Of a DNA stretch of 64,000 nt, positions 39,862-52,680 are shown one piece after another. The stretch lies in NCBI RefSeq assembly GCF_006345805.1, contig NC_043005.1, positions 36,518,001 through 36,582,000 on the forward strand, given 5' to 3'. A program made the translations under genes and the position numbers. Origin of the DNA: Octopus sinensis. Lineage: Eukaryota. A model generated the notes under the pieces. The model was not told the origin of the DNA. It searched no databases and saw only the letters and a list, made by a program, of their open reading frames with translations. Each line of letters opens with the position of its first letter. Position 1 is the stretch's first letter.

Positions 39862-40630
39862 TATACTCATATTTACTCTTTTACTTCATATTGATATGTA
39901 CGGCATAAGCGCTAATGAAGATACACATTTTATCGTGGAGGCGCTTGTATTCTTTTTGCGCAAGGCTCTCACATCCACTTACCAAGTAGGTCATATTTTC
40001 CGCACTCTTTCTACAGAGTCTGTATTTCTGAGTGTCAGAAGTTTTATAGATGCTATACTTCACTGAATTGGTAGCGAGAACTTGGTCTTGTGCAGCAATG
40101 ATCAGACTTTCGGTGGTATGCTTTAAATCACCTCGCTCAAGCCATGCCCACGATGCTGCATTATCTTTAACGTCTTGTGTATTCCTATCAAACTGTCCAT
40201 GCATTCTCATTTCAAGAAGGTCTTCTTTTCTCTTCTCCTCGGCTCATTGCTTAAACTCTTCCTTGCTCATCATATCATCTGCATATACACTCATGTCTTT
40301 CTCGACATATTGTAGCAGGTCTTCATCACTATTTATCAAATGCTTGGCAAGCATTCTCCTTTCACTCCGTATACAATGGTCTATACTAATTAGTTCTCTG
40401 CCACCATTCTTTCTTTTCATATACAGTCTGTTTACGTTTAGTTTAGGGTGCAGTACTCCATGTAGCGTTATCAACATTTTCGTCCTTCTATCCAGTGTTG
40501 ATATTTCCTCCTTAGTCCATTTGAGGATGGACGCACTATATCTGATCATCGCAACTGCCCAGATATTCATTTGATACGCCTCGCTGACCTTGACTTTCAT
40601 TTCTCTGTGTAGAATGTCATCCAGATCCAT
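39862..40630 (-). mobile_element. R4/Dong-like LINE copy 1, 5' part (RT thumb and zinc knuckle)
   Basis: MHGQF...SWAWLERGDLKHTTESLIIAAQDQVL...YRLCRKSAENMTYLVSGCESLAQKEYKRLHDK. Confidence 0.92.
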
Positions 40631-40700
40631 TATTATTATTACTATTATTATTATTATTATTATTATTATATTATTATTATTATTATTATTATCGACACTC

Positions 40701-40805
40701 TCTTTCATACTTCGGGGTCGATAAATTAAGTACCAGTGAAGCACTGGGGTCGATATAATCGACTTAATCCCCTCCCCAAGCTGCCCTTATGGCAAAATTT
40801 GAAAT
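40701..40805 (+). mobile_element. SINE family A, 3' part (tail B) in an AAT-type tract
   Basis: Core GGGGTCGATAAATTAAGTACCAG. Confidence 0.8.
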
Positions 40806-40815
40806 AATAATGTTG

Positions 40816-40859
<44 letters not shown>

Positions 40860-40944
40860 TGTTGTTGTTGTTGTTATTGTTGTTGTTGTTGTTGTTATCA
40901 TTATTATTATCATTATCATTATTATTATCATCATCATTATTATT

Positions 40945-40997
<53 letters not shown>

Positions 40998-41040
40998 CAT
41001 CATTATTATTATTATTATCATTATCATTATTATTATAATT
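40806..41040. repeat. Compound (AAT)n(GTT)n(ATT/ATC)n array
   Basis: Direct reading. Confidence 0.95.
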
Positions 41041-42056
41041 ATGTATGAATGTATATATAGATCCGTTCTGCAATATCGGTACGTGTCTGTAAATGTGACA
41101 TGCCTCAGCTTGTATTTGTATGATTCTGTCTTTCCGTCTGTCTGTAAGTCTATATAGACATTGTAATGTTTAGATTTATAATTGTGATAGCTTCCGGCTA
41201 AATTCAGATTGAAATCTGCTGCAAGAGAAAACCTGAATTCTTAATGTTTAATTGCTGGCTTCTTTCAAATTATAATGATTTCTATTGAAATGGACTTGTT
41301 AGCATTCTACACGCTGATTGAGGGAATGCTAAATTGGATTGTAATGAAGGTGAATATCTGTTTCTAATATGTTTCTGTTCGTAGCAAGTCTGGACTGTGG
41401 GACGGGATGGAGGTCGATGTTCGTGATTTTTGGAAAGATGGAGGATTGTGAAGGGAAGGTGTTCTATAGATGATCTATTGTATCGTTGCTATTACTGTTG
41501 TTGTTGTTGTTGTTCGAGCTGGTGTGGGGGTTGTTATCGAAGGTTTTCCTGTCGGGAGATTGGTGCAATTGATAATGTGAAGGCTTGTTGTTGTTGTTGT
41601 CTGAAGGATGATGTCGAAGTGAGGGGAGATGATGATGATATAGTGGTGGTGTTGGTGTTTGGGTGGATAAAAACATGGTTTTGTCCATGTTTGGTGCCGG
41701 TGAAAGAGATATGTTTGGCAAAGATCAGGCAGATTTGGAGTGGAGGTTTTGTTGGTGCTTGGATGAGTTTGTTCGGGATTACGTTAGGATAATGTGAGTG
41801 TTTGTATGTATATGCTTGTATGTTCTTGTGTGTGTATGTGTGTGTGTGTGTGTGTGTTGCTATTAGAAGACGCATTAGTATTGGTGTCCTTTGAGGAGTG
41901 GCAGTATTTTTGACGTGGTTGTGTTTTCAGACACTCATATGTATATATATGTATATATATATATATATATCATTTTTTTATATTCGGTTTATCTCTCATT
42001 GCGTGTTTGTGTCTCTGTGCATATGGCTGTGTATGATTATGTATGTGTGTGTATAC

Positions 42057-42099
<43 letters not shown>

Positions 42100-43683
42100 G
42101 TTATATATATGTATGCACGTATTTATGCTTTCCTCTATATATTTATATTTTCATGTGTCCTCTGTATTTAACTGTAATTTACTTGTTCTGAGATTTTCTA
42201 TTGGTTCTTCTTTATATATGCTTTGTGTTGGTTTGCTTGTTAGAAAATACATGCGTGTAAATGTGTGAGAGAGTGTTGCTGTCGGGGGCGCTTTATTTTT
42301 GTATTACCTTTAAACAAATAATAGTAAATTGGATATTCCAGACCGGAGGTGGAAAGCGTGTATAGTCACCAACATGTCCATATTTTCTTGTTTCAGTTGT
42401 CTGTGTTTCTTTTATGTTAAAATTTTTTACTGTTGTTGATTCTGTTTTTTGATTATTGTTATTTCACTTGTATTGATTCGTGCTGTCATTATTACTATTG
42501 TTAGTTGGGGAAACAATCCGATATTTTCCGATATTTTGTGGTCAATTCTGTTTCATTATAGACAGGATGAACAGACATCAAAAGATCACAATGAATGATT
42601 GACCGTCTCAACAACCCAGATATCGCTGCAGTAAGGTTTCGGCAAACCAATTTCGATTCACAGACGATGCAAGTTTATTTTAGTTGTGAAGCTTAAGGCT
42701 GCTGGAATAGACTTGAGCTTTTCAAAGTCCCAAATTTTTTGTTTCTTTTCTCTAAAAGACAGCAATTCTCTGCATATCGAGAAAGAAAAGAAAAATAAGT
42801 GAAATTGTTGTTGTTAGAACGTTGAAATGAAATAACGTAAAAGGTATTATGTTGGACTCAATGAAGAGCGGTTTCAAGTTACGATTGTTTAAGTTCTGAG
42901 TTCGATTCCAGTTAATGTTGATTTTGCGTTTTATTCTTTAAAAAGATGTTTCAGCCCGAAGGCTGCGGCCATGCTGGGGCACCATCGCTGAAATTTCTCT
43001 TGGTGAATTTTCAGTAAATATCAGTTAAACAATACGTTCAGTTTAAAAGGGCCTCTGACAGGTCTCCGTTGTTCAATGAATTGAATTATATGCTCCTGAA
43101 TTAAAATGTAGGTGAGGGAGTATTCTGTAGGTGCATGTGTTCCTAACATAATTCCCAGGTAGAATCGGTTTGACACAGTATGTGACAAGGAACCTATATC
43201 TTTTGAGTTGCAGGTAGAAATCTCTCTGACAGACCTTTTCAAAATTTCTGTCTACCTAATTTCACTCACGAGATTACAGTCGACCTAAGACTACAGAAAA
43301 CAACTCTTGTTCAATATATTATTGAATGGGATAAACCCAAAACGTTGTTGCGAAAGAAACAGTTGGACCATTCGGCTTCACTGAGCCTGTCTGCTGGTTT
43401 GTTCTTTCCTGTAAAATATATAACCCTATCTAGTATAGTTATGAGAAATTTCCATTGTAATAATTAAAAGCAGAAACGGTTGAGTGCCAGCATAATGTCT
43501 GTCGTTAGTCCATTGGTATTCTATAAGTTAAGTTCTCAGCTCCGACGCATCTTCCTCATTCCTTTTCCTTTTTCGTGCTGGTTCGTACACCAGTCTGTCC
43601 CTGTTAGTTTCTAGTAACAGAAGGTTGTTTTTTTTTCTTGCGAGAAATGATCGCCAGAGTCTTCGTTCAACGCTTTTACATAC

Positions 43684-43768
43684 CTGGAAAGATGGAAACA
43701 GTGCAGATGGGCCCGCGATGCATCTCATGGTGCAGCAGAGTCGATTTCGCAAGAGCGGGAGAGTGACT
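43684..43768 (-). other. Candidate first exon of an unidentified gene
   Basis: Inr-like TCAGTC (A at 43768), CACCATG at 43728, 15 codons (MRCIAGPSALFPSFQ), donor CAG|GTATGT, CpG-rich surroundings. Confidence 0.4.
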
Positions 43769-43811
43769 GAGTTTGTACTTGAGTGAATGAAAGAGAGAGA
43801 AAGAAACAAAA

Positions 43812-43890
<79 letters not shown>
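43765..43890 (-). promoter_or_regulatory. Candidate core promoter: (GA)n tract upstream of an Inr-like motif
   Basis: Long GAGA tract at about 43790-43890 directly upstream of TCAGTC on the minus strand. Confidence 0.3.
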
Positions 43891-43891
<1 letters not shown>

Positions 43892-44634
43892 CTAGTCGAT
43901 CTTACTGAATGGCACATACAGAAATTAGTAAGGAAGAAAGTAAAATGGTACTCCGTGGCGTTTGAACTCAAATCATGCAGAAACGAAACTATTAGGGCAA
44001 GATATTCTATCCCCGATGCACTGAAGGGTCCGCCAATTCCCCTCGTATGTTTCCATTTAGGAGACAATCTAAGTACCAGTCATATACTAGAAGGAGATGA
44101 TACCATCGCCTGTACTACTGTCATAAATATTGCAGTGTTGCTATAATGTTATAAAGTCAGAAACCCTTATATATATGATGGATGTTTATGCTGTCTCCTT
44201 TGTAATGATGTCTGTGGCAATTACTATTAGTGTTGTTTGTTGCAGCGATGTTGTTGTTGCCGTTGATTCTATTGCTATTGGCGTCATACGATGTTTCCTA
44301 CTGCTACAATTGTCTTTCAGCAAATGGAGAAAACGACTTTTATTTCGATATATGAGAGCGCACTTACGCGTGCGCACCCCCGATCCCTACACACACGCAC
44401 GCACGCACACACACACACACATACGGAGCAGAGCTAAGTAAACAAAAGGAAATGATTTCTTTCTCTTTTTCTTCGTGTATTCATGTGTGTGGGATAATAT
44501 ATAGTTTGTATATGTAGGTTTTATAATGCGGGTACATCCGAGGAATGCCTATGTAGAAATGTACGCATATCATTGTGCACACACACACACACTCACACAA
44601 ACACATATATACATATATATATATATATATAATA

Positions 44635-44665
<31 letters not shown>

Positions 44666-44814
44666 CATATCCATATATACATACACACACTCACAAACAC
44701 ACACATATTATATATATATATATATATATATATACTGTAAAATACGAACGCATGCATTCGTATTTACGTTTAGTTACTGACATCTTTACATACATATATA
44801 TATATATTATATAT

Positions 44815-44882
<68 letters not shown>

Positions 44883-45376
44883 TGTATGCTTACATATAAA
44901 CTCAATCATACACATTCAGTCTCATACATATGCATACACTCATTCTCTGACACACATATGTAAGTGTCGATATGCGTATGTGGTATGTGTGTGCGTAATT
45001 GTATTTTATGCACTTATGTGTGCATTTGTTAAGTTCAAGATTCTTAGAGAAAACTGCAACGTTATACTTCCCTTTGTCTTTAACTCAAGCTCATTCTTTA
45101 ACATTCCATCTTCTGAGGAAATGCATCTATACAGGAAGTATAGATAATTACAAACATGGTTCTGTCTAACATATCTATCTCTGTACGTACGTATGTATGT
45201 ATGTATGTATGTATGTATGTATGTATGTATGTATATATGTATGTATGTACGTATGTATGTATGTATGTATGTATGTATATGCGTGTATATATATACGTTC
45301 GCATGTATGTATCTATTTGTTTTATTTATATATCTATCTTATCTATCTACCATATCTATTTACTTTCTCATATATA

Positions 45377-45424
<48 letters not shown>

Positions 45425-45458
45425 TACACACATAATACACACCACACACATACATACA

Positions 45459-45506
<48 letters not shown>

Positions 45507-45512
45507 ATAAAT

Positions 45513-45730
45513 ATTAGGGAATAAATCCAAATTTACAAGGAAAAATCAGATTTAGGATTGAATCCAATTTTATAGTAAAATATTATATAATATTAAATTA
45601 GAGACAAAACCACTATTATGCAAATCAAACAAAGAAAGACTTAAGCCAATACATAAAATAATTTATATAAATTTAGAAATTTAACAATTATAAATAACCA
45701 CTACGATCGTTTCATGTCTTATTTCAGCAC
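45513..45730 (-). mobile_element. Penelope-type terminus with the 3' half of a hammerhead motif
   Basis: Minus GACAU GAAA CGAUCG UA^GUGG (palindromic helix III, GUA triplet); no proper CUGANGA half; runs into (TA)n. Confidence 0.45.
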
Positions 45731-46293
45731 ATATATATACAATTCTTATTTTTCTTTATATTTTGTTTTCTTCAGTTTGTTATTTGCATATTTCTCTGTT
45801 ATCTCTGTTGTTACATTATTACACTTATTAGTGTATTTTCTCTCCCCCATATTTTATAAAATTTCTGTGCACGGTTTTTAGTAACACCTGTAAGTTTGAG
45901 AGGGGTTTTGCGCTTCACTGCAATCAGGTCTACTCTGGGCCGAGATGGTAGTATCGGAATTATAGATCAAATAGTTGAAGATAGTCCAGTGTCAATGACA
46001 AACCTTACTTAGAGGTGGGATGGTTCCGACATATTGGCTATACAGTTCCACCGATGAGTAAACATGCTTTTAAGTCACAGGAATCAATCAGCCACCCTAC
46101 AGATTACATAGACCCTGTGCATCAAACGTATGACCTGTAGAGAAGGGGGAAGAATGTCTGGGATCCAGAGGCTGGAATGTGTCCGCGAGTGACTGAATAG
46201 AAATGTTAAAATCGTTGCGATGATCATAGCTGGAATACTTGCGATCAAAAACTTTAATCGGTCAGTGTCGACCGGGGAGAAGAGCAAACAACA

Positions 46294-46297
46294 GTAG

Positions 46298-46365
<68 letters not shown>

Positions 46366-46389
46366 TTACTACTACTACTACTGCTGCTG

Positions 46390-46459
<70 letters not shown>

Positions 46460-46470
46460 AGCAGTAGCAG
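46294..46470. repeat. (ACT)n array
   Basis: Direct reading. Confidence 0.97.
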
Positions 46471-48254
46471 CAGCAAAATATAATGTGTGGTCTTGTGTCT
46501 GGAGTGGAAGATTCCACAGTAATTGGCAAGATGCAACGTACCTCTCCATACTGGATTCAAATCCCTTAGGGGGAATGACTTTCACTTATATCTTCGCATA
46601 CTCGCTTAAAATATATTTTCAAGACATGCACAGATTTTGCAGAACAGATTTAATCTGTTTAATGTTACGAAAGTTGGTGCTAAACTCCGTTCTAATGCAT
46701 CATTGAATTTTAGATTACGTATTTATAATTATTTTTTTGAATAGTGATTGGTTAATTTTATGTCGACCAAATGGAATTTACCATATATCACCAGGAGTAG
46801 ATTAGAATGCTGTGTAGAATAATGATTTCAGACTAATTAAGTCTGGATGGTCAATTAGGGTGAATTATTGTTTATCACTCAAGTCAAGTTCATTTTGAAA
46901 ATGCCGGAATGTGAAGTAACAGATGTTTGTAGCGCATAAAACATTGAAAACTAATCAATTAATTGGTTAAGTATGCATTATACAGTGTTTATTGAATAAT
47001 CTGAAATTAAATTTGGGTATCTCTAAACTGTTGCTCCACTGCAAAATGTATACAAGTGTGAAAAATATTTATATCCATCCATGGGCAAAGTAGTAAGCAA
47101 AGTAGTAAGCATTTATTTTTGCTTCTTGACTAATTTCATCTCTATTTGGAGACTCATGGGAAATGAAACTTACTTGGATATCATCGAAATTCTTACTTCC
47201 CACGGTGAGATATGAAAATAAAAATAGTAGGTATGTATACCTAGCTTAGGTTTTAGATATTAAAAATATCACAAAATACAGTGAAACAACCAGCAGAACT
47301 TTTACTAAGCATGCTGTCTGGCACTTATCAAAAAATCAGTTTATTACCTGGAATGGGATGTACTTTACTAAATAAGATAACTAAATAAGTCCAAGACTTT
47401 GGTTGGTTGTAACATGAAATTATTAGCAGACACGCATTTTTAAGATAGCATTTTTGAATTTTTTTTATATTGAAACCTCAAATTACATATTATATATTCA
47501 ATACATATGAGTTATGCTATATTGCCCCCCCCCCACTTTTTTCAAGATGTCAATAACAAGCATCTTATAAAGACATCTATGTCACCGTTGTCATCGTCGT
47601 CGTTGTCTTCGACATCGTCATCTCCGTCATCGTTGTCATTTTAACCTCATTGTCATTGTCAATACCTTCTTCATATTCTATATTGTATTTTAAATTTCCT
47701 TTCATGATGGTGATGATTATGACGATAATAATAAAGATTATCATGACGATGATGATGGAATTAATATTGAGGAAGAGAACAGCGAATAGATCGATTTACA
47801 AGGGAAGATATCTTGTGACCCAGAGTTTACAAATCGGTTGCCATCGCCTCACACTATTCTCTCTACAAACATATATCCTCCATAACTTCTCTTTTCTGCC
47901 TAACTCCACTCCATAACTTTAAATTAAGCTCCACGCTTAATTACCACCGTATTGATTATTATGTCAAATTAATTGCCATCACAGCCGAGACGTCTCTCAC
48001 AGCCGATCACAAGGAGTTGAGAACCAGGTGTGGCTGAATTTGATTAGAACAGCAGAAAGGATGTTTGATTAAATTTGGGTAGCATAGACATTAATGGTAG
48101 CATAGACATTCATGTTAGTGTTGATGGCGGGGAAGTGGTTACACTGAGAGATGGAGGCAATATGTAGGTGTAGTGCTTCGACTTAATTAATACCCGAACT
48201 CATTAATAATAACCAGACAGCGGGGGATACCGAAATTTAGTTGTTATACCTAAG

Positions 48255-48500
48255 TGCAGATGCGTGGCCTAGTGGTTAACGTGTTGCACTCATGATTACA
48301 AAATCATGGTTTCGACTCCTGGATCGAGCAAGGTGTTATATTCTCGAATAAAACATTTCGTTTCACGTTGCTCCAGTTCCCTCAGCCGTAAAATGAGTAA
48401 CCCAACATCAGCCTAGAGTCTCACTTAGAGGTAATGTTGTGATTTCAGTCACATATACGCCACAGAAACCGGGTAACTGGCCCTATGAGTCCTCAGACTC
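48255..48500 (+). mobile_element. tRNA-derived SINE head and body, diverged
   Basis: GTGGCCTAGTGGTTAAC A box and GGTTTCGACTCC B box. Confidence 0.7.
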
Positions 48501-48533
48501 AAGACAGTAATGTCCGTAATAATCCTACGATAA

Positions 48534-48733
48534 GCACAAGGCCTGAAATTTAGTGGGAGTTGGCCAGTCGATTATATCGACCCCAATGTTCAACTAGTCC
48601 TTGTTTCATAGATACCGAAAGGGTGAAAGACGAAGTCGACCTCGGCAGAATTTGCACTCAGAACATACAGATGGACGAAGTGCCGCAAAGTACTTGTCCG
48701 GCGTGCTAAAGAATCTCCCTGCTCGCCGCCTTA
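48534..48733 (-). mobile_element. SINE family A monomer (tail B)
   Basis: Head ends CTCGCCGCCTTA on plus; diverged core. Confidence 0.85.
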
Positions 48734-50340
48734 ATGTGGATAATAATACTTAACATGTTTCGAACCCAGTCATTGTATGGTTTTGTTGTTAATGTTGATG
48801 TCTCTGATACTATTAGTTTGGGTTTTATAAGTCTGGTGACACTGTACTGATGTCCCCAAAATCCATCTCCTCCTCACCGTGGTGGGAACGCTGGCAACGG
48901 GTAGTGTCAGAGCTATACCGTCGGGAACTTCGGTTCCTGGTAGGGCCACCCTAGGCGGATTGGTCTGATGCCGAGTGGTATTAGGGCCACAACTCGGCAG
49001 ACGGGGCTATGGTAAAATCCTCGGAGTGTCTGTTTCTGCAACCGGCGGCTCCTCGGTAGTTCTGTCCCTGCGTCTGCGGACAATCTGCGGCAAACAGGAT
49101 GTCTCTACTTGTGGGATTGTTGGGGACTGCTTGTGAAATCCACATATTCCCACGAAATTTCTTCCATGGTAGAAGAAGCCGACTCAACCCTCCCACGGTG
49201 AATGTCGCCAAAAGTACAAGTAGTAAGTACTGTACTGATGGTTACAGTGATGTCAGTGATGTAGTAGCGTTCATAACTTTCCCTGAAATTGATTGCAGAG
49301 TCGGTCAGTACTTGTATTTTTCAGGCAGCGGAAATTTCGATGAGTCATTAGAGAGTTATGGGTAATACCTTTGCAATATTTGTTTCGGTCCTCTGCTGTT
49401 GGAGTTCAAGAAGCAGGAGGGATATAAGCAATTTTACACTTGTATACATTTCGCAGTCTAGCCAAAATTGTAGGCATACCTAAATTATGCTGTATACTGC
49501 ATAATTAACTAATTAATTAGCTAAATAGTTTTCAATGTTTTATGCCGTTTGTTTCTCCTTTCATCTTTTCGAGGTTGTTAAATAAAGCAACAAACAGTTC
49601 TGTACTGGTGCCGATTCTGTTTGCCTCTCTCTCCTCTCTCTCTTTCTCTATCTCTCTCTCTATCTTTCACTTGAATAATTAGGCTGTGGTTATGAGGTTT
49701 CTGTCTCAATACATGACGTCACTACGAACTACATCAGCAGATGAGGTTTCCAAAATAAGGCAGTGTTCTTGGTAACAGTTTAGCGGAAATAGTAGTAGGG
49801 GCAGTTGTGCAAGTGATATTTGTGGTAGTAGTGATAGTTTAAGTGATAGAAGGAGTAGTAAGGGTCGTGGTCCTCTTCGGTAAAGTAGTGATTACTATCG
49901 AGTGTAAGTGAGGATATCGTCGATGCTGTAGCTTGGCCAGTGGTGGGCTCTCATTTAACGAGATCTACAACAATCAAATGTTCCGGATATGACCAAGCGG
50001 TCTTTCATTCAGACACAATGTCATCAAGAACTATATTATCCAATGTGTATTTCCTATTCTTATAGGATGACAAAGTGCAATTTTAAAGAAGGTTTGGCTA
50101 CCATTTCTATCAGGTTGAGCTCCCTCGGTCGAGATTGTAGTTGTTGCTGTTGTAGATGAGTAGTCTATGGTGCTAGATATTTTATTACTAATGTTAATGT
50201 TATTGTTATTGTTATCCTGAGTGGAGATGGACTTCTTGAATGTGTTGATGGTTGAATAAATTCTCCAATGTTTATCAGCCCGGAAAGCCTGAAGTTCAAA
50301 CAAAACGAACGAAAGAAGTTTTAATGATAATAATAATAAT

Positions 50341-50428
50341 TTTGGCACAAAGCCAGCAATTTCAGGGATGGGGATAAGTCGATTACATCGACTCCAGTAC
50401 CCGAGTGGTATTATTTTATCGACTCAGA
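50341..50428 (-). mobile_element. SINE family A fragment
   Basis: AGTCGATTACATCGACTCCAGT core. Confidence 0.65.
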
Positions 50429-50547
50429 AAATAATAATAACAGTAATGATTTCTTTTATTGGCTATCAAAGCAAATTATGAAGTAGGACGATAGAAAGAC
50501 AGGCATCAAGTGTAGGGATTTACATATAATGAAATGAGAGGAAAAAT

Positions 50548-50578
<31 letters not shown>

Positions 50579-50819
50579 ATATATATGTATACAATAAGAA
50601 AGAGAAATGATGCATACATATCATATATATATATATATAAATAAATTAAATTAAAATTGGGTGATAGTGATGTTTTTCTTCTGACGCAGAAGGATCTCTG
50701 GGGATGATCGAGAAACTCTACTGTTGAAAATCTCACCGAACACCAGGAGCAAGAGCCCTGACTAATTCCTATTCTCCGACTCACAAGGCTAAATGATGAC
50801 GATAATGATGATGGTGATA

Positions 50820-50833
50820 CTAATGACAATAAT

Positions 50834-50873
<40 letters not shown>

Positions 50874-50969
50874 TAATAATAATAATATAATAATAATAAT
50901 AATAATAACAATAGCAATAATAATAATAATGATAATAATAATAATAATAATAATAACAATAACAATAAC

Positions 50970-51000
<31 letters not shown>

Positions 51001-51021
51001 TAATAATAATAATAATAATAA
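50820..51021. repeat. (AAT)n array
   Basis: Direct reading. Confidence 0.95.
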
Positions 51022-51194
51022 TTACTGCCCATGTATTTTAATTTAACCTTAAAAAAAATGAACGAACTATTGAGTTTGGTTTAATGGCCTACATATGTAT
51101 ACTATGAGTTTCTTTGCCCTAGGAGTCGGGAAGACGCTCGGCAAGAAATGGAAGCAAATTTGAAAGAAGAAGAAAATAATAATAATAATAATAT

Positions 51195-51605
51195 GACTGT
51201 TCCAATCGATATAAATGTATCTATCAAGACCTACCACAAACTGAGCAAATATAAAGATCTTGAAATAGAAATCAGCAAAATGTGGAACCTGAAGATTAAA
51301 ACGATACCTGTTGACATAGGTGCCCTGGGAATGATAGTAAAAGGGGATGATTGCTACCTAACTCAGATACCAGGAAACCCAAAAATGGCAGAAATTCACA
51401 AGATAGTGCTCATGGGAACTGCTCATATCCTACGCAAAATACTTTCTATGTAATCTCAAGTTTTAGACATTCACTAGTACAACACTAAATACAAAAACGA
51501 ATATATGGCACACTAGGCATAACAACAACGTGAACTTCCAACCTGTTGTCTCTTGAGGTCTCTGGGTGAGATTTGGAGCCAACTTGTACAAATATAAAGC
51601 AAAAC
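51195..51605 (+). mobile_element. R4/Dong-like LINE 3' fragment
   Basis: KLSKYKDLEIEISKMWNLKIKTIPVDIGALGMI...KIVLMGTAHILRKILSM*, then UTR and (AAT)n. Confidence 0.88.
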
Positions 51606-51632
51606 TCAAACATATAATAATAATAATAATAA

Positions 51633-51686
<54 letters not shown>

Positions 51687-51939
51687 CGGCGGTGCATCAT
51701 AATAATGATGATGATGATACTTTCATTTATTTGCCACCAAGATGAAAGATGAACGGGACAATTCAAAACAGACATAATGTGTGGGGGTTCACATATAAAT
51801 GACAAAATGAATAACCAAAACAAAACGAATAAACAAAAAGCATACGGTATACAATGAAAAGAAAGGAAAATATACATAGTATACAAAGGTTAACTAAAAA
51901 GGAGAGGGGATAATAATAACAACAACAACAACAACAATA

Positions 51940-52395
51940 CTAGACTAATAGGTGTTAATGTTCCCACTGATAAAAAAAACATATCTGTAAAGGAATTTGA
52001 CAAATTAAGTAAACAATAATTTGACAAATTAAGTAAATATAATGACCTGGAAATTGAAATACAAAAAATGTAGCATCTTAAAGCGAGAACTGTTTTTGTT
52101 TTATAGGAGCCCTCGGTATGATAAAGAAGGGATGTCAGAGACATCTAGATAATATCTCAGGAGAACCATGTCTCAGAGAAGTCCAAAAGATTGTGCTGAC
52201 AAGTATCCTTAGAAAAACCCTATCAATTTAAATTTCTGTGATGAATTAAATGAAAATATCTCGCTAGAGCCCTTGCCACTTCCTCTTCCCAAGCTTTCAG
52301 TCATACTGTAGCATCTCTTATCTTTCACTCGCCTTAGGACGCTGGGTGTGTCTCGGCAAGTGACTGTAATAAAAATGCAGATTAAAAGTAAATAA
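51940..52395 (+). mobile_element. R4/Dong-like LINE 3' fragment, second subfamily
   Basis: Frameshifted NISVKEFDKLSKYNDLEIEIQKM*HLK...GALGMIKKG...EVQKIVLTSILRKTLSI*; 20 bp internal duplication. Confidence 0.82.
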
Positions 52396-52457
<62 letters not shown>

Positions 52458-52477
52458 ATAATAATAATAATAATAAT

Positions 52478-52680
52478 AATACGGAAGGAGTTCAGGGACA
52501 GTAGAAATTAGGAAGGGCATCTTCCAAGGGGACTGCCTGTCCTCACTGATCTTTGTACTATGCTTGATACCACTAACACTAATTCTGAGGAAAGCAAAAG
52601 CTAGGTATGTATTGAAAAGCCGCCAACAAAATGTCAACCATTTGTTATTCATGGATGACCTAAAACTTTATGGTAAACCC
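52478..52680 (+). mobile_element. R4/Dong-like LINE reverse transcriptase fragment
   Basis: VEIRKGIFQGDCLSSLIFVLCLIPLTLILRKAKARYVLKSRQQNVNHLLFMDDLKLYGK (QGD and FMDD motifs). Confidence 0.9.

Noticed and set aside
43528-44067. 179 aa minus-strand ORF as a single-exon gene
   Set aside because: Reads through a (CT)n microsatellite; only the 15-codon exon-like part has independent support
49595-49620. TGGTGCCG as an LTR primer-binding site
   Set aside because: Only 8 nt of tRNA 3' end complementarity, no TG...CA LTR pair and no internal domain after it
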